Positions 46,137-56,233 of a DNA stretch of 64,000 nucleotides are shown here, in pieces (positions within the stretch are counted from its first letter, which is position 1; every line of letters starts with the position of its first letter). Location: contig OZ242251.1 of assembly GCA_965206945.1 (NCBI GenBank), forward strand, positions 110,549 through 174,548, written 5' to 3'. The translations under genes were made by a program, and so were the position numbers. The DNA is from an uncultured Pseudohongiella sp. GTDB taxonomy: Bacteria > Pseudomonadota > Gammaproteobacteria > Pseudomonadales > Pseudohongiellaceae. The notes beneath the pieces were generated by a model, which saw only the letters and a program-made list of their open reading frames with translations, had not been told where the DNA came from and ran no database searches.

Positions 46137-46958
46137 CTACACCCGACCCAAAGCAAAGCCCTTGGCAATATGATTTCTAACGAAGTAAATAACCAAAGCG
46201 CCAGGAATAATGGTGAGTATCCCGGCCGCTGCCAAAACTCCCCAATCCAGACCAGACGCAGAAACAGTTCTCGTCATAACCGCGCTAATCGGTTTCGCAT
46301 CAGTAACAGTTAGCGTTCTGGCGATCAACAATTCCACCCAGGAAAACATGAAACAAAAAAACGCGGCAACTCCAATTCCCGATGCTATCAGTGGGGCAAA
46401 TATTTTCGTGAAGAAATTTGGAAAAGAGTAACCATCGATATAGGCCGTCTCATCAATTTCCTTTGCTATTCCTGACATAAAGCCTTCAAGAATCCATACT
46501 GCCAGGGGCACATTAAACAAACAATGCGCCAGCGCCACAGCAATGTGAGTGTCTATCAAACCGAAGGCGGAATACAACTGAAAAAAGGGTAGTACGAAAA
46601 CCGCTGGCGGCGCCATTCTATTGCTAAGCAGCCAGAAGAATAGATGCTTGTCACCAAGAAACCGATAGCGGGAAAACGCATAGGCGGCCGGCAAGGCCAC
46701 AGTAATGGCAATCACCATATTCATGACAACATAGGTGAGAGAATTAATATAACCACCGTACCAGGACGGATCAGAAAAGATGGTGCGATAGTTGTCCAAG
46801 GTAAAGTCCTGTGGCCACAGTGTGAAGGTGGATAGTATTTCCTGATTTGTTTTGAAGCTCATGTTCAAAAGCCAGTAAAGAGGTAACAGCAGAAAGAGAA
46901 TGTACAGGCACAGGCTTAGTAGTTTCACTCTGTTTACAGCGCGTTCAGACATAGCCAT
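46137..46958 (-). CDS. glpQ: ABC transporter permease (GlpQ-type, CUT1-like).
   Basis: 273 aa, 6 TM helices, EAA-loop-like IDETAYIDGYSFPNFFTKIFAPL. The ATG overlaps the upstream stop. Confidence 0.65.
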   Translation of the reverse strand: MAMSERAVNRVKLLSLCLYILFLLLPLYWLLNMSFKTNQEILSTFTLWPQDFTLDNYRTIFSDPSWYGGYINSLTYVVMNMVIAITVALPAAYAFSRYRFLGDKHLFFWLLSNRMAPPAVFVLPFFQLYSAFGLIDTHIAVALAHCLFNVPLAVWILEGFMSGIAKEIDETAYIDGYSFPNFFTKIFAPLIASGIGVAAFFCFMFSWVELLIARTLTVTDAKPISAVMTRTVSASGLDWGVLAAAGILTIIPGALVIYFVRNHIAKGFALGRV

Positions 46959-47848
46959 TATTGGACCCTCCTGCCGCTGGAGGACTGTTCATCATTGTCA
47001 CCGCTGGTCATTACAGTATAAAAAATCCAACATAGAAGCAGAATGATCAGAAAATAAATCAGGGACATGGCGGCCGCAGGTCCAAGATCAAACTGCCCTA
47101 CTGCCATCTGTACCAGATCGATCGACAGGAATGTGCTTATATTGCCAGGGCCGCCTCCGGTGACGACAAAAGGCTCGGTATAGATCATGAAAGAATCCAT
47201 AAAGCGCAGCAGCACGGCTATCAACAATACACGCTTTATCTTTGGCAACTGAATGAAGCGAAACACAGCCCAGCGAGAAGCCCCATCAATACGCGCCGCC
47301 TGATAATACACCTCGGGTATCGTGACCAGACCGGAGTAACACAACAATACCACCAGCGAAGTCCAATGCCAGACATCCATTAGAATAAGCGTTATCCAGG
47401 AGTCGAGACTATTTTGCGTGTAATTGTAATCGATGCCGAGGCTTGCCAATCCATGTCCCAATAGACCGATATCGACCCGGCCAAAAACCTGCCATATCGT
47501 GCCAACCACATTCCAGGGAATTAACAATGGCAGAGCCATCAACACCAGACAAACCGACACTCCCCAGCCGCGTTTCGGCATGGCCAGCGCGATCATAATA
47601 CCTAATGGTATTTCTATGGCGAGAATTATGCTGGAGAAAAGCAGCGTCCTAAACAGCGCGTTATGAAAACGCTCCGAGGCAAGCACCTCCTGAAACCATT
47701 CCGTACCCACCCAGAAAAATTCGTTGTTACCGAAGCTATCCTGCACTGAATAATTCACTACCGTCATCAGTGGAATAATGGCGCTGATTGCAACCAGAAT
47801 TAACACCGGCATCACCATGAACCAGGCTTTGTTATTGTGTACCTTCAT
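46958..47848 (-). CDS. glpP: ABC transporter permease (GlpP-type, CUT1-like).
   Basis: 296 aa, 6 TM helices, EAA-loop-like YYQAARIDGASRWAVFRFIQLP. Confidence 0.65.
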   Translation of the reverse strand: MKVHNNKAWFMVMPVLILVAISAIIPLMTVVNYSVQDSFGNNEFFWVGTEWFQEVLASERFHNALFRTLLFSSIILAIEIPLGIMIALAMPKRGWGVSVCLVLMALPLLIPWNVVGTIWQVFGRVDIGLLGHGLASLGIDYNYTQNSLDSWITLILMDVWHWTSLVVLLCYSGLVTIPEVYYQAARIDGASRWAVFRFIQLPKIKRVLLIAVLLRFMDSFMIYTEPFVVTGGGPGNISTFLSIDLVQMAVGQFDLGPAAAMSLIYFLIILLLCWIFYTVMTSGDNDEQSSSGRRVQ

Positions 47849-47862
47849 TCCAGGAACTTAGC

Positions 47863-48918
47863 TTAGTCATTACTTACTCGATAGTCATCGGCGTACAGGT
47901 TTATTTTAGCCGTATCAAAAATGATTCGCGGATTTTCCGGTATCCCCACCCCATCGTTCATAACAATATTGATGTGTGTTTCTTTAATACGACCGCGAAC
48001 AATCTTATGTCGACCTACATCTTCGACCGATGTCACATTGAGGGGTATGCCTTCACTTGCAGATAGTTGTATGTGTTCCGGTCGAATACCCAACTCATAG
48101 CGCTGCCCGCTATCGCTGATATTTCTCTGCAAGGAGATTCGATTACCAGCGAACACGGCAACCGCTCCCTCAATAGTACAAGGCAGTACATTCATCCCCG
48201 GCGATCCAATAAACCTGCCCACAAAAGTGTGCTCCGGCTTCTCGAAAAGCTGTTCCGGCGTACCTGTTTGTACCACTACCCCTTGATACATCACTATGAC
48301 CTGGTCGGCAAAGGTTAGCGCCTCAGTCTGATCATGGGTCACGTAGATCATGGTGTGCTGGAAGCGCTGGTGTATCTTTTTCAACTCTGTCCGTAATAGC
48401 CATTTCAAATGAGGATCGATCACAGTTAGCGGTTCATCGAAAAGTATCGCTTCAACATCAGTGCGCACTAATCCACGACCTAAGGATATTTTCTGTTTGT
48501 CGTCAGCATTCAAGAACCGAGCTCTGTCATTGGCTCGATGTTGTAGACCCAACATCAGCAAAACATCGGCCACGCGTGTCTCTATTTCTGATTTAGGCAG
48601 CCTTCGATTGCATAGCGGAAACGCTAAATTTTCGGCAACCGTCATGGTGTCATAGACCACTGGAAATTGAAAAACCTGGGCAATATTACGCTGCTCCGTA
48701 CTCAAATCCGTAACATCCACCTCATCGAAAAGAACGCGTCCTTCTGAAGGTCTCAATAGACCGGAAATAATATTGAGCAGCGTCGTCTTTCCGCAACCAG
48801 AAGGACCCAATAGAGCATAGGCTCCCCCATCCTGCCAACTCTGTTCCAAGGCACGCAGGGCGTAGTCTTGCGCGGAAGGATAACGGTGAGCAATTCCTTG
48901 TAGTTCTATAGTTGCCAT
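47863..48918 (-). CDS. glpT: ABC transporter ATP-binding protein (GlpT-type).
   Basis: 351 aa. Walker A GPSGCGKTT, signature-like ISLGRGL, Walker B ILFDEP. Confidence 0.7.
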   Translation of the reverse strand: MATIELQGIAHRYPSAQDYALRALEQSWQDGGAYALLGPSGCGKTTLLNIISGLLRPSEGRVLFDEVDVTDLSTEQRNIAQVFQFPVVYDTMTVAENLAFPLCNRRLPKSEIETRVADVLLMLGLQHRANDRARFLNADDKQKISLGRGLVRTDVEAILFDEPLTVIDPHLKWLLRTELKKIHQRFQHTMIYVTHDQTEALTFADQVIVMYQGVVVQTGTPEQLFEKPEHTFVGRFIGSPGMNVLPCTIEGAVAVFAGNRISLQRNISDSGQRYELGIRPEHIQLSASEGIPLNVTSVEDVGRHKIVRGRIKETHINIVMNDGVGIPENPRIIFDTAKINLYADDYRVSND

Positions 48919-49082
48919 CAGGAGCCTGTCGAGCTGAACACTGTTCTACTGTGGAAAAGCGTTAATCAGTCATTTTTCACGGTCAATTTCATTAAACAGA
49001 ACGACTATTCGCCTCACAACTGCAAAAACTGACTAATTTCTGCTTCCTTTCGCTAGGAACGATTAAGTCCGATGGGCTCCTG
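48919..49082 (-). mobile_element. MITE-like palindromic element, copy 3 (164 bp, opposite orientation). It fills the whole gap between the two ATPase genes.
   Basis: caggagcctgtcgagctgaacactgttctac...ggaacgattaagtccgatgggctcctg. The left end abuts the ATG of the downstream ATPase gene (48918). The right 30 nt are the last 9 codons plus the stop of the upstream ATPase gene. Confidence 0.8.
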
Positions 49083-50150
49083 CTGTTCTTCTCTACCAAC
49101 AAATCGATTTTCACTATCAAAAAGCAGAATATTCAGCGGACTAATATAAAAGCTAACGGAATGCCCCACGGTGAAATTCTGAACGCCGTGTATCAGCGCG
49201 ACCCAGGGATTCTCATTCATGGTAAAGTGGACAAATGTTTCCGCGCCGGTAATCTCGGTTACAGTTACCGAGCCTGTCACCTGCATGTCCTGATCCGTTG
49301 TTCTTTCTAAACTCAAATGATGAGGGCGGACTGCCAGAGTATAAGCGCCCTCCCTCAAACCACTGAAAGCCAGTGTAGATTGCGATTGATTGTCTACGTA
49401 CTGAAGGCTGCCAGCTATACAGACCAAAGCCACTGTATTCAACGGTGGATCAGAGAAAATTTTCGCAGCCTGTATATTAACTGGCTTGCGGTAGAGCTCC
49501 AGCGTAGGCCCAAACTGTTCGACTCTTCCTTGATGCAAACAGACGGTGTTACCCCCTAGCACCAAGGCTTCAAACGGTTCGGTAGTCGCATAAACCAATA
49601 CAGCGCCCATAGCCGCAAATAGCTCTGGCAAATCCGCCCTTAGTTCTTCACGTAGTTTGTAATCAAGATTCGCAAGCGGTTCATCAAGCAAAACAAGATC
49701 CGCTTTTTTAATCAATGCCCTGGCCAAAGCCACTCGTTGTTGTTGACCACCAGAAAGCGTGTCTGGGGTACGCTTCATCATGTGGCTGAGCTGCAACAAA
49801 TCGGCCACCTCTTCCACCCGTTTCTGGATTTTTTTCGAATCTATGCCAGCAACTCGCAGTGGAGAGGCAATGTTTTCAAATACACTTAGCGACGGATAAT
49901 TGATGAATTGCTGATACACCATGGCCACATTTCTTTTCTGTACTGGTTTGCCCAACACAGAAACTCCGTGGAAAAACAATTCGCCATGGTCAGGCTTATC
50001 GAGGCCAGCCATTATTCTCATTAAGGATGTTTTACCTGATAGAGTAGGGCCAAGCAGTATGTTTAACTCGCCGCAGTGCAACGAAAGTGTTATATCGCTT
50101 AGACAGGTTTCGTTTCCTTGATGGCGCGAAATATTCTGCAACTCAAGCAT
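49053..50150 (-). CDS. glpS: ABC transporter ATP-binding protein (GlpS-type). Its 3' end is encoded by the repeat element.
   Basis: 365 aa. Walker A GPTLSGKTS, signature LSGGQQQRVALARAL, Walker B LLDEP. Confidence 0.7.
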   Translation of the reverse strand: MLELQNISRHQGNETCLSDITLSLHCGELNILLGPTLSGKTSLMRIMAGLDKPDHGELFFHGVSVLGKPVQKRNVAMVYQQFINYPSLSVFENIASPLRVAGIDSKKIQKRVEEVADLLQLSHMMKRTPDTLSGGQQQRVALARALIKKADLVLLDEPLANLDYKLREELRADLPELFAAMGAVLVYATTEPFEALVLGGNTVCLHQGRVEQFGPTLELYRKPVNIQAAKIFSDPPLNTVALVCIAGSLQYVDNQSQSTLAFSGLREGAYTLAVRPHHLSLERTTDQDMQVTGSVTVTEITGAETFVHFTMNENPWVALIHGVQNFTVGHSVSFYISPLNILLFDSENRFVGREEQQEPIGLNRS

Positions 50151-50165
50151 CTCAACAACCTTGGT

Positions 50166-51659
50166 TTAAATAGCAGGAAGAGACTGCGCTATGTAATTGG
50201 ACAAGGCGTCGCGCTGAGCACGACTGAAATAAAACCCTAACTTAGTGCGCCGCCAGAGAATATCGTCGGCAGTCCTCGCCCATTCACCGTTGCAGAGGTA
50301 ATCGACTTCCTTCTGATAGAGATTGTACCCAAAGTTTACGCCAAGATCCCCCGGCCCTGAAGCATCACCGAGGATCTTGAAGCTTAGAGTGCCGTAGCTG
50401 TTTAACCAACGGGTAATGAGATTTGGGCCTAACCAGGCATAGTCCGAAGCCAGTTTTTTGAACAAATTTTCAGGTAGATCGAAATCACCACCGGGCAATA
50501 TGGCAGATTTGGTCCATGCGGGCTCCATATCAGGGAAAGTAGTATTTAATTTGCTCAAGGCCTCTTCAGCCAGGAGACGATAGGTCGTTATTTTTCCTCC
50601 ATAAACCGAGAGCAGGGGATGAGGACTAGACTCTAACTCAAGGCTGTAGTCTCTAGACAGCTTACTCGCATTTTTCTCTTCTTCATTTATTTGCTTTTCT
50701 TCATCTATAAGTGCTCTTATGCCAGCATAACTGTAAACCACATCAGAGTGCAGAATCGATTTCTTGAAATACAAATTTACTATGGACAACAGATAGTCTG
50801 TTTCTTCCCTGGATATTTCTACCCGGGTCAGGTCTCCCTCGTATTTCTGCTCAGTTGTTCCTATCAAGGTAAAGTCTTTCAACCAGGGAATGACAAAAAT
50901 AACTCTGCCATCGTGATGTTGCAACATGAAGGCTTGGGAACCTGAGTGCATACGAGGCACGACAACATGACTTCCCTTTACCAAACGAATTTCGTGCCTG
51001 ACTTCTTTCTTGCCTAGCCGCTTCGATAATGAGGCAACCCAGGGTCCGCTTGCATTAATAACAGCGCGGCAGTCTATCTCGCTGTCCGTATTGTTCAAAT
51101 TATCGTGCAATGTTACGCGCCAACCCGCGTGACCAGCCGTCATTGCCGAACATTCCGTCCTAGTGAGAATACGCGCTCCTTTAGCTTTCGCTTGCAGAGC
51201 ATTCAATACGACCAGCCTGGCATCATCCACCTGTGCATCCCAATACTCAAAACCACGCCCGATGACTGAATTCAATGGGCCTTCAGGATCTATGCGGATG
51301 AAGCGAGAAGAAAAAAAACGCTTCCGTCTGGCCAAATTGTCATACAGGAATAGGCCAGCGCGGATCATCCAGGAATTACGAGAATGGGATAATTGAGGAA
51401 TATGAAAAGCCAAGGGTCGAATAACATGCTGAGCGGCAGCTGTGAGCACCTCTCTTTCCTGCAAAGATTTGCGCACCAGGCCAAATTCACAAAATTCCAG
51501 ATAACGCAGTCCACCGTGAATCAGTTTGCTGCTGCTGGAGGATGTTGCAGAGGCAAGATCAGCCTTCTCACAAAGCACTACGTCGAGTCCGCGACCTGCT
51601 GCGTCGGCGGCAATGCCGGCTCCGTTTATACCGCCGCCGATAATTAGAAGATCGTGCAT
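50166..51659 (-). CDS. glpD: FAD-dependent aerobic glycerol-3-phosphate dehydrogenase.
   Basis: 497 aa. N-terminal DLLIIGGGINGAGIAADAAGRG dinucleotide fold and SSSSSKLIHGGLRYLE. Confidence 0.9.
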   Translation of the reverse strand: MHDLLIIGGGINGAGIAADAAGRGLDVVLCEKADLASATSSSSSKLIHGGLRYLEFCEFGLVRKSLQEREVLTAAAQHVIRPLAFHIPQLSHSRNSWMIRAGLFLYDNLARRKRFFSSRFIRIDPEGPLNSVIGRGFEYWDAQVDDARLVVLNALQAKAKGARILTRTECSAMTAGHAGWRVTLHDNLNNTDSEIDCRAVINASGPWVASLSKRLGKKEVRHEIRLVKGSHVVVPRMHSGSQAFMLQHHDGRVIFVIPWLKDFTLIGTTEQKYEGDLTRVEISREETDYLLSIVNLYFKKSILHSDVVYSYAGIRALIDEEKQINEEEKNASKLSRDYSLELESSPHPLLSVYGGKITTYRLLAEEALSKLNTTFPDMEPAWTKSAILPGGDFDLPENLFKKLASDYAWLGPNLITRWLNSYGTLSFKILGDASGPGDLGVNFGYNLYQKEVDYLCNGEWARTADDILWRRTKLGFYFSRAQRDALSNYIAQSLPAI

Positions 51660-51809
51660 AGATTGAAATTGATCCTAACTTGCCCAGTAGCGGGATGGTT
51701 TTATCTTGCCCACGAATTGGACAGTTAGTGTAACATGGCTTTTAGCCGAAGAGCCTATTCCCACAGTTCCTTTCAAGAACACAGAACAATTATTTAGAGA
51801 TGTCTTGTA

Positions 51810-53306
51810 ATGAATAATTATATTCTGGCAATCGACCAGGGCACCACTAGCAGCCGAGCGCTGGTTTTCGACGCAAATGGAAAAAAGTGCTCTGCAAGTC
51901 AACAAGAATTCACCCAGCATTTTCCAAAAAACGGCTGGGTTGAACATAATGCTATGGAAATCTGGCAAACGACATTGCGAAGCTGCCAGGTCGCAATACA
52001 AGAAGCTGCAATTTCAGCAAAGCAGATTCGCTGCATAGGCATCACTAATCAGCGCGAAACTACCATCGTATGGGACCGTAGCAGCGGGCAGACCCTATAC
52101 AACGCGATAGTCTGGCAGGACAGAAGAACCAGTAGCTATTGTGATGAGTTAAAGGCGAAAGGTCTGCACAAAAAAATTCAGGAAAAGACAGGCCTGCTCA
52201 TCGATTCCTATTTCTCTGCCACAAAAATACGCTGGATTCTTGATCATGTGCCCGACGCCAGACAAAAAGCTGAAAACGGTGAACTTGCGTTTGGCACTGT
52301 TGACTGCTTTTTGCTTTGGCAACTAAGCGGCGGCAAGAGTCACCGCACAGATGCCACTAATGCCTCAAGAACCATGCTGTTCAACATTCATAAGCAGCAG
52401 TGGGATGAAGAGTTATTGGCGCTTTTCGGCATACCCAGGTCAATGTTACCGGAGGTGCTGGATTGTGCTGCCGATTACGGCAATTGTGATGAAGAACACT
52501 TTGGCGAGCCGATTTCAGTGGCAGGTATTATTGGCGATCAACAGGCCGCAGCGTTTGGACAAGGCTGTTTCTTCAGAGGAATGGCGAAAAGCACTTATGG
52601 CACCGGCTGTTTTCTGTTACTAAATACAGGCAAACAGGTAGTCAAATCCAGCAATCGTCTGCTTAGTACGGTGGCTTTCAGGCTCAAGGGTGAAACCCGT
52701 TATGCCCTGGAAGGCAGCATCTTCATGGCAGGCGCGACCATGCAGTGGATTCGTGACGGATTGAAGCTGATTGAACACGCCAGCGAGTCAGAAGCTCTTG
52801 CTGCGCAGACAGACGATGACTTAAGCGTGTTCCTGGTGCCCGCGTTCACCGGACTAGGGGCTCCTTACTGGGATCCTGATGCGCGCGGTGCACTGCTTGG
52901 GCTGACTCGTGATACTGGTGTAAAGGAAATAGTCACTGCGGCTCTACTCTCCGTTTGTTATCAAAGCAAAGACTTATTGCAGGCCATTGAAGCGGATGGT
53001 GCTCGCGTGAGCACACTTCGGGTCGATGGCGGAATGACTAACAACGACTATGTAATGCAGAAGCTCGCTGATTTGCTGAAACTAGAAATTCACCGGCCCG
53101 TTCTCACCGAGACCACGGCACTGGGTGCTGCCTACATGGCGGGCTTGCAAGCAGGAATCTTCCCTTCCCTGCAAGCTATCGGCGAGAAATGGCAGTTAGA
53201 CTGTAGTTTCAAATCCGGTAAGGATGATGATTGGCGCGAAAAACAGTATCGAGGATGGCTGGATGCCGTCTCCAGAACAAGAGTTAGCAATACGGAGCAT
53301 CAATAA
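51810..53306 (+). CDS. glpK: Glycerol kinase.
   Basis: 498 aa. [51 protein letters not shown]. Confidence 0.95.
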   Translation: MNNYILAIDQGTTSSRALVFDANGKKCSASQQEFTQHFPKNGWVEHNAMEIWQTTLRSCQVAIQEAAISAKQIRCIGITNQRETTIVWDRSSGQTLYNAIVWQDRRTSSYCDELKAKGLHKKIQEKTGLLIDSYFSATKIRWILDHVPDARQKAENGELAFGTVDCFLLWQLSGGKSHRTDATNASRTMLFNIHKQQWDEELLALFGIPRSMLPEVLDCAADYGNCDEEHFGEPISVAGIIGDQQAAAFGQGCFFRGMAKSTYGTGCFLLLNTGKQVVKSSNRLLSTVAFRLKGETRYALEGSIFMAGATMQWIRDGLKLIEHASESEALAAQTDDDLSVFLVPAFTGLGAPYWDPDARGALLGLTRDTGVKEIVTAALLSVCYQSKDLLQAIEADGARVSTLRVDGGMTNNDYVMQKLADLLKLEIHRPVLTETTALGAAYMAGLQAGIFPSLQAIGEKWQLDCSFKSGKDDDWREKQYRGWLDAVSRTRVSNTEHQ

Positions 53307-53950
53307 TGGAACTTCATTTAATCAGGCACGGAGAAACCAATTGGAACAAAGAAGGGCGTGTGCAGGGTCAAAGTGAGTCGCAACTAACAAAACCAGGCAT
53401 TCAACAAGCAAAAAAACTGGGTGAACGAATCGCTGATATTCAATTCGATAAAGTTTATTGCAGCAGTAGCTTGCGCACCCGACAAACGGCGGAGCATGTG
53501 TTCGCTGGGACTCAAGCCACAATCATCTACCTCGATAACTTGCGAGAAATCTATCTAGCCCACTGGGAGGGACAGCTATACGATGAAATTGCTGAAAAAG
53601 AGTCAGATTCTCACGGCCATTTTTGGCAACAGCCTCATCTATTTCAAGTTGCGGGAGCCGAAAGTTTTTTCCAATTACAGCAGCGCGCTGTAGATACAAT
53701 TGCAAACATTTCGGCAGATCAACGAATGAAAGAGGCCCATCATAATAAAATTGCGGTTATCAGCCATGGCGCCCTGATCAAGACCTATCTTTGCCACATT
53801 GAAGGCCGCACCATGGATCAGTTATGGGATCCACCGCGCATGCATAACTGTGCCCATAGTATTGTTAAGTTGAACCTGGCTGATGATGGCAATACAAAGG
53901 CCAACATAGTCCTGTACGCGGACCAACCTGCTAATAAGGAATATTCATGA
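53306..53950 (+). CDS. Histidine phosphatase superfamily protein (phosphoglycerate-mutase-like).
   Basis: 214 aa with the LIRHGETNWN catalytic motif. Its ATG shares one base with the glpK stop (TAATG). Confidence 0.8.
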   Translation: MELHLIRHGETNWNKEGRVQGQSESQLTKPGIQQAKKLGERIADIQFDKVYCSSSLRTRQTAEHVFAGTQATIIYLDNLREIYLAHWEGQLYDEIAEKESDSHGHFWQQPHLFQVAGAESFFQLQQRAVDTIANISADQRMKEAHHNKIAVISHGALIKTYLCHIEGRTMDQLWDPPRMHNCAHSIVKLNLADDGNTKANIVLYADQPANKEYS

Positions 53951-54756
53951 AGACTGAAATTTCAGGTCAGATAGTTTTAAAATTGAATCTCTGGGTAAAA
54001 ATAGCCAGCCTCGGGAGCCTGATCCTGGGGCTTGGACTAGGCCTGTTAAGCTTGACCTCCGTCGCCGGAGTCTGGCTGGGATTTTGGGACTTCAGACGCG
54101 GATTTTCTCTTTTAGGCAGTGCCAACCAATACGGACAAATACTGGTTTGGGTTTGCCTGGGGCTCAGTATCGCCATTTTCATTGCGGCTCAGTTTTTTGT
54201 TATTAGAAAGAGCGGAAAATTTGTCACATTGGCTGTAATAGGGGCGGTAGTGGCCTGGACAGCCTATATGATTCCGGAAAGCTTTCGCCCTGGCGAGGCT
54301 GTCAATTATCCACCCATACACGACATATCAACGAATCGCTTAAACCCACCGGAGTTTGATGCTATTTTGCCATTGCGAGCTGATGCACCGAATACAGTCG
54401 AATACGGTGGTTCAAACAATGTGACCCCGGAGCGATTGATCGAGTTAACCGATGAAGCCTACCCGGATCTAACAACAAAGCGTTATAAGGATTCCATCGA
54501 AACTGTTTTTGAGAAAGCCCTGGTCGCAGTTGACGAGCTTGGTTGGGAATTAGTCGCTCAAGATATTTCTGTAGGCAGAATAGAGGCAACGGATACTACG
54601 TTTTGGTTTCGATTTAAGGACGATATCGTCATTAAAATTGAACAAGTAGGAACCGATAGCCTTGTTGACGCAAGATCGGTTTCGCGCGTAGGAACAGGGG
54701 ATGTTGGTGCCAATGCAATACGCTTGAGAAAATTCTTTGAACTTCTTGAGAATTAG
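53947..54756 (+). CDS. Membrane protein with a DUF1499-like C-terminal domain.
   Basis: 269 aa with 3-4 N-terminal TM helices and the C-terminal block ARSVSRVGTGDVGANAIRLRKFF. ATGA start/stop overlap with the upstream gene. Confidence 0.55.
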   Translation: MKTEISGQIVLKLNLWVKIASLGSLILGLGLGLLSLTSVAGVWLGFWDFRRGFSLLGSANQYGQILVWVCLGLSIAIFIAAQFFVIRKSGKFVTLAVIGAVVAWTAYMIPESFRPGEAVNYPPIHDISTNRLNPPEFDAILPLRADAPNTVEYGGSNNVTPERLIELTDEAYPDLTTKRYKDSIETVFEKALVAVDELGWELVAQDISVGRIEATDTTFWFRFKDDIVIKIEQVGTDSLVDARSVSRVGTGDVGANAIRLRKFFELLEN

Positions 54757-54806
54757 ATTTAAGACGATATGGAATTTTATGCTAACCCTTATTCAAAACG
54801 ACGACT

Positions 54807-55292
54807 ATGAAACAAAGTAATAAGCCTGCCAACATGACTTTGTTTTTTGGCATCAGTCTCGCTGTTTTGAGCTTATCGCAACTCATTGGTTATTGGGTAA
54901 ATGCCAATATTGCAATAAACTCTACTGTCGAGTTAAACGGCTTGATTCACTTCACCCATATTCGGAACTACGGTGGCGTGTTTGGAATGATGCAAGGCAT
55001 GGGCTGGTTATTTGGCGCAATCAGCATCTTCCTGCTAATTAGCGTAAGTCTCTATCTATGGATTGGAACGTCCATCAAACGTTACGAATATCTATGTTTT
55101 GGTTTTATTGTCGGCGGGGGTGCTAGCAATATCCTCGATCGCTTTCTGTACGGCAGTGTCATTGACTTCATCGATATACAACACATCCCGTATTGGAATT
55201 ATATTTTTAATACAGCCGATGTTATGGTACACGCAGGAATCTGGCCCTTGCTATTTTTCAGTTTCTTCGCCAAAGAAGAGGCTGAGATTTAA
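54807..55292 (+). CDS. lspA: Lipoprotein signal peptidase (signal peptidase II).
   Basis: 161 aa. RNYGGVFGM, GGGASNILDRFLYGSVIDFIDI and FNTADV match the LspA conserved blocks, including both catalytic Asp contexts. Confidence 0.8.
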   Translation: MKQSNKPANMTLFFGISLAVLSLSQLIGYWVNANIAINSTVELNGLIHFTHIRNYGGVFGMMQGMGWLFGAISIFLLISVSLYLWIGTSIKRYEYLCFGFIVGGGASNILDRFLYGSVIDFIDIQHIPYWNYIFNTADVMVHAGIWPLLFFSFFAKEEAEI

Positions 55293-55293
55293 T

Positions 55294-55350
55294 CAGGAGC
55301 CTGCCGAACTTAACCATTCCTAACGAGGGGAAGCAGAAATTGACTAAATC
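55294..55350 (+). mobile_element. Partial copy (left ~57 bp) of the MITE-like element, copy 4.
   Basis: caggagcctgccgaacttaaccattcctaacgaggggaagcagaaattgactaaatc aligns with the left arm of copies 2 and 3. It starts 2 nt after the lspA stop. Confidence 0.6.
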
Positions 55351-55425
55351 CGTGGGAAACAGCCGCCTTTTATAGCCCTTGCGTCAAACAGGGTTTAACT
55401 CTTGTGGGCCTGTAATTTCAGGGGC

Positions 55426-56064
55426 TTAGCTCAGTTTCCAATTCATAATCTGGAAGAATTTGAGTCCTTGATCTATGCAGCTTATTAAAGCCGGGTTTTG
55501 TAGCATGAATCGCATGTAAGCCTGGCTGCTTTCAGAAAGCTGGACAGCATAGCTATTGAAACCTACTACCACCGGCGCGAACATACAATCGGCCATTGAA
55601 AACTCTCCAAACAGGTATTCACCCCTCTGGCTGAAGCTCGTCCTGGCTTCGGCGAATAGTTGATCCACCCGTTTGCACTCTGCCAGCGCATCGTCGCCTG
55701 ATTTCGGCTCGCTTCGCGCTCGACAATTCATGGGGATTTCGGAGCGAATCGCGAAAAATCCAGAGTGTATTTCGCTGCAATAAGCCCTGCACAGGCCTCG
55801 ATCTTCTATTGCCTGCGGAAGTGCCCGACCTGCCAAATATTTTTCTGACACATATTCGCAAATTGCCAGTGAGTCCCAGATCGATGTTTTCCCATCTTTT
55901 AGGGCAGGCACACGAAGTGTGGGTGAATACCTCGCCAGCTCCTGTTGGTAGCCTTCAGTAAACAGCGCGACCTTAATCTCTTCAAACGGCAGTTCAAAAT
56001 GCTTAAGCAATAACCAGGGCCGCAATGACCAGGAGGAATAATTTTTGCTGCCGATTATCAATTG
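55426..56064 (-). CDS. Glutathione S-transferase family protein.
   Basis: The likely start is the Met at 56064 (MQLIIGSKNYSSWSLRPWLLLKHF...) and not the track start at 56100. GST N-terminal thioredoxin-like pattern with RVPAL...IWDSLAICEY. Confidence 0.8.
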   Translation of the reverse strand, partial: QLIIGSKNYSSWSLRPWLLLKHFELPFEEIKVALFTEGYQQELARYSPTLRVPALKDGKTSIWDSLAICEYVSEKYLAGRALPQAIEDRGLCRAYCSEIHSGFFAIRSEIPMNCRARSEPKSGDDALAECKRVDQLFAEARTSFSQRGEYLFGEFSMADCMFAPVVVGFNSYAVQLSESSQAYMRFMLQNPALISCIDQGLKFFQIMNWKLS

Positions 56065-56233
56065 CATGGTGTTCTTCCTGACATCTTTTCTTTGCACCAA
56101 GCTGTGCTTTGCTTCAGCGCTTTACTTCAGCGTTGGCTCAGCCATCAAGATTATGGGACTATAACGGAAACGATTTACAACTTGTAGAAGCTATTGAACA
56201 CGTTTACCTGTTTATTATTGTGGAGTTAAAGAA

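Noticed and set aside
45945-46313. 122-aa plus-strand ORF spanning the spacer and the 3' end of the permease gene. Also similar antisense ORFs inside glp, maeA, SBP and secY genes (for example 44508-44909, 39349-39921, 62778-63050).
   Set aside because: They lie antisense to, or out of frame with, well-supported CDSs, and they have no motifs of their own.
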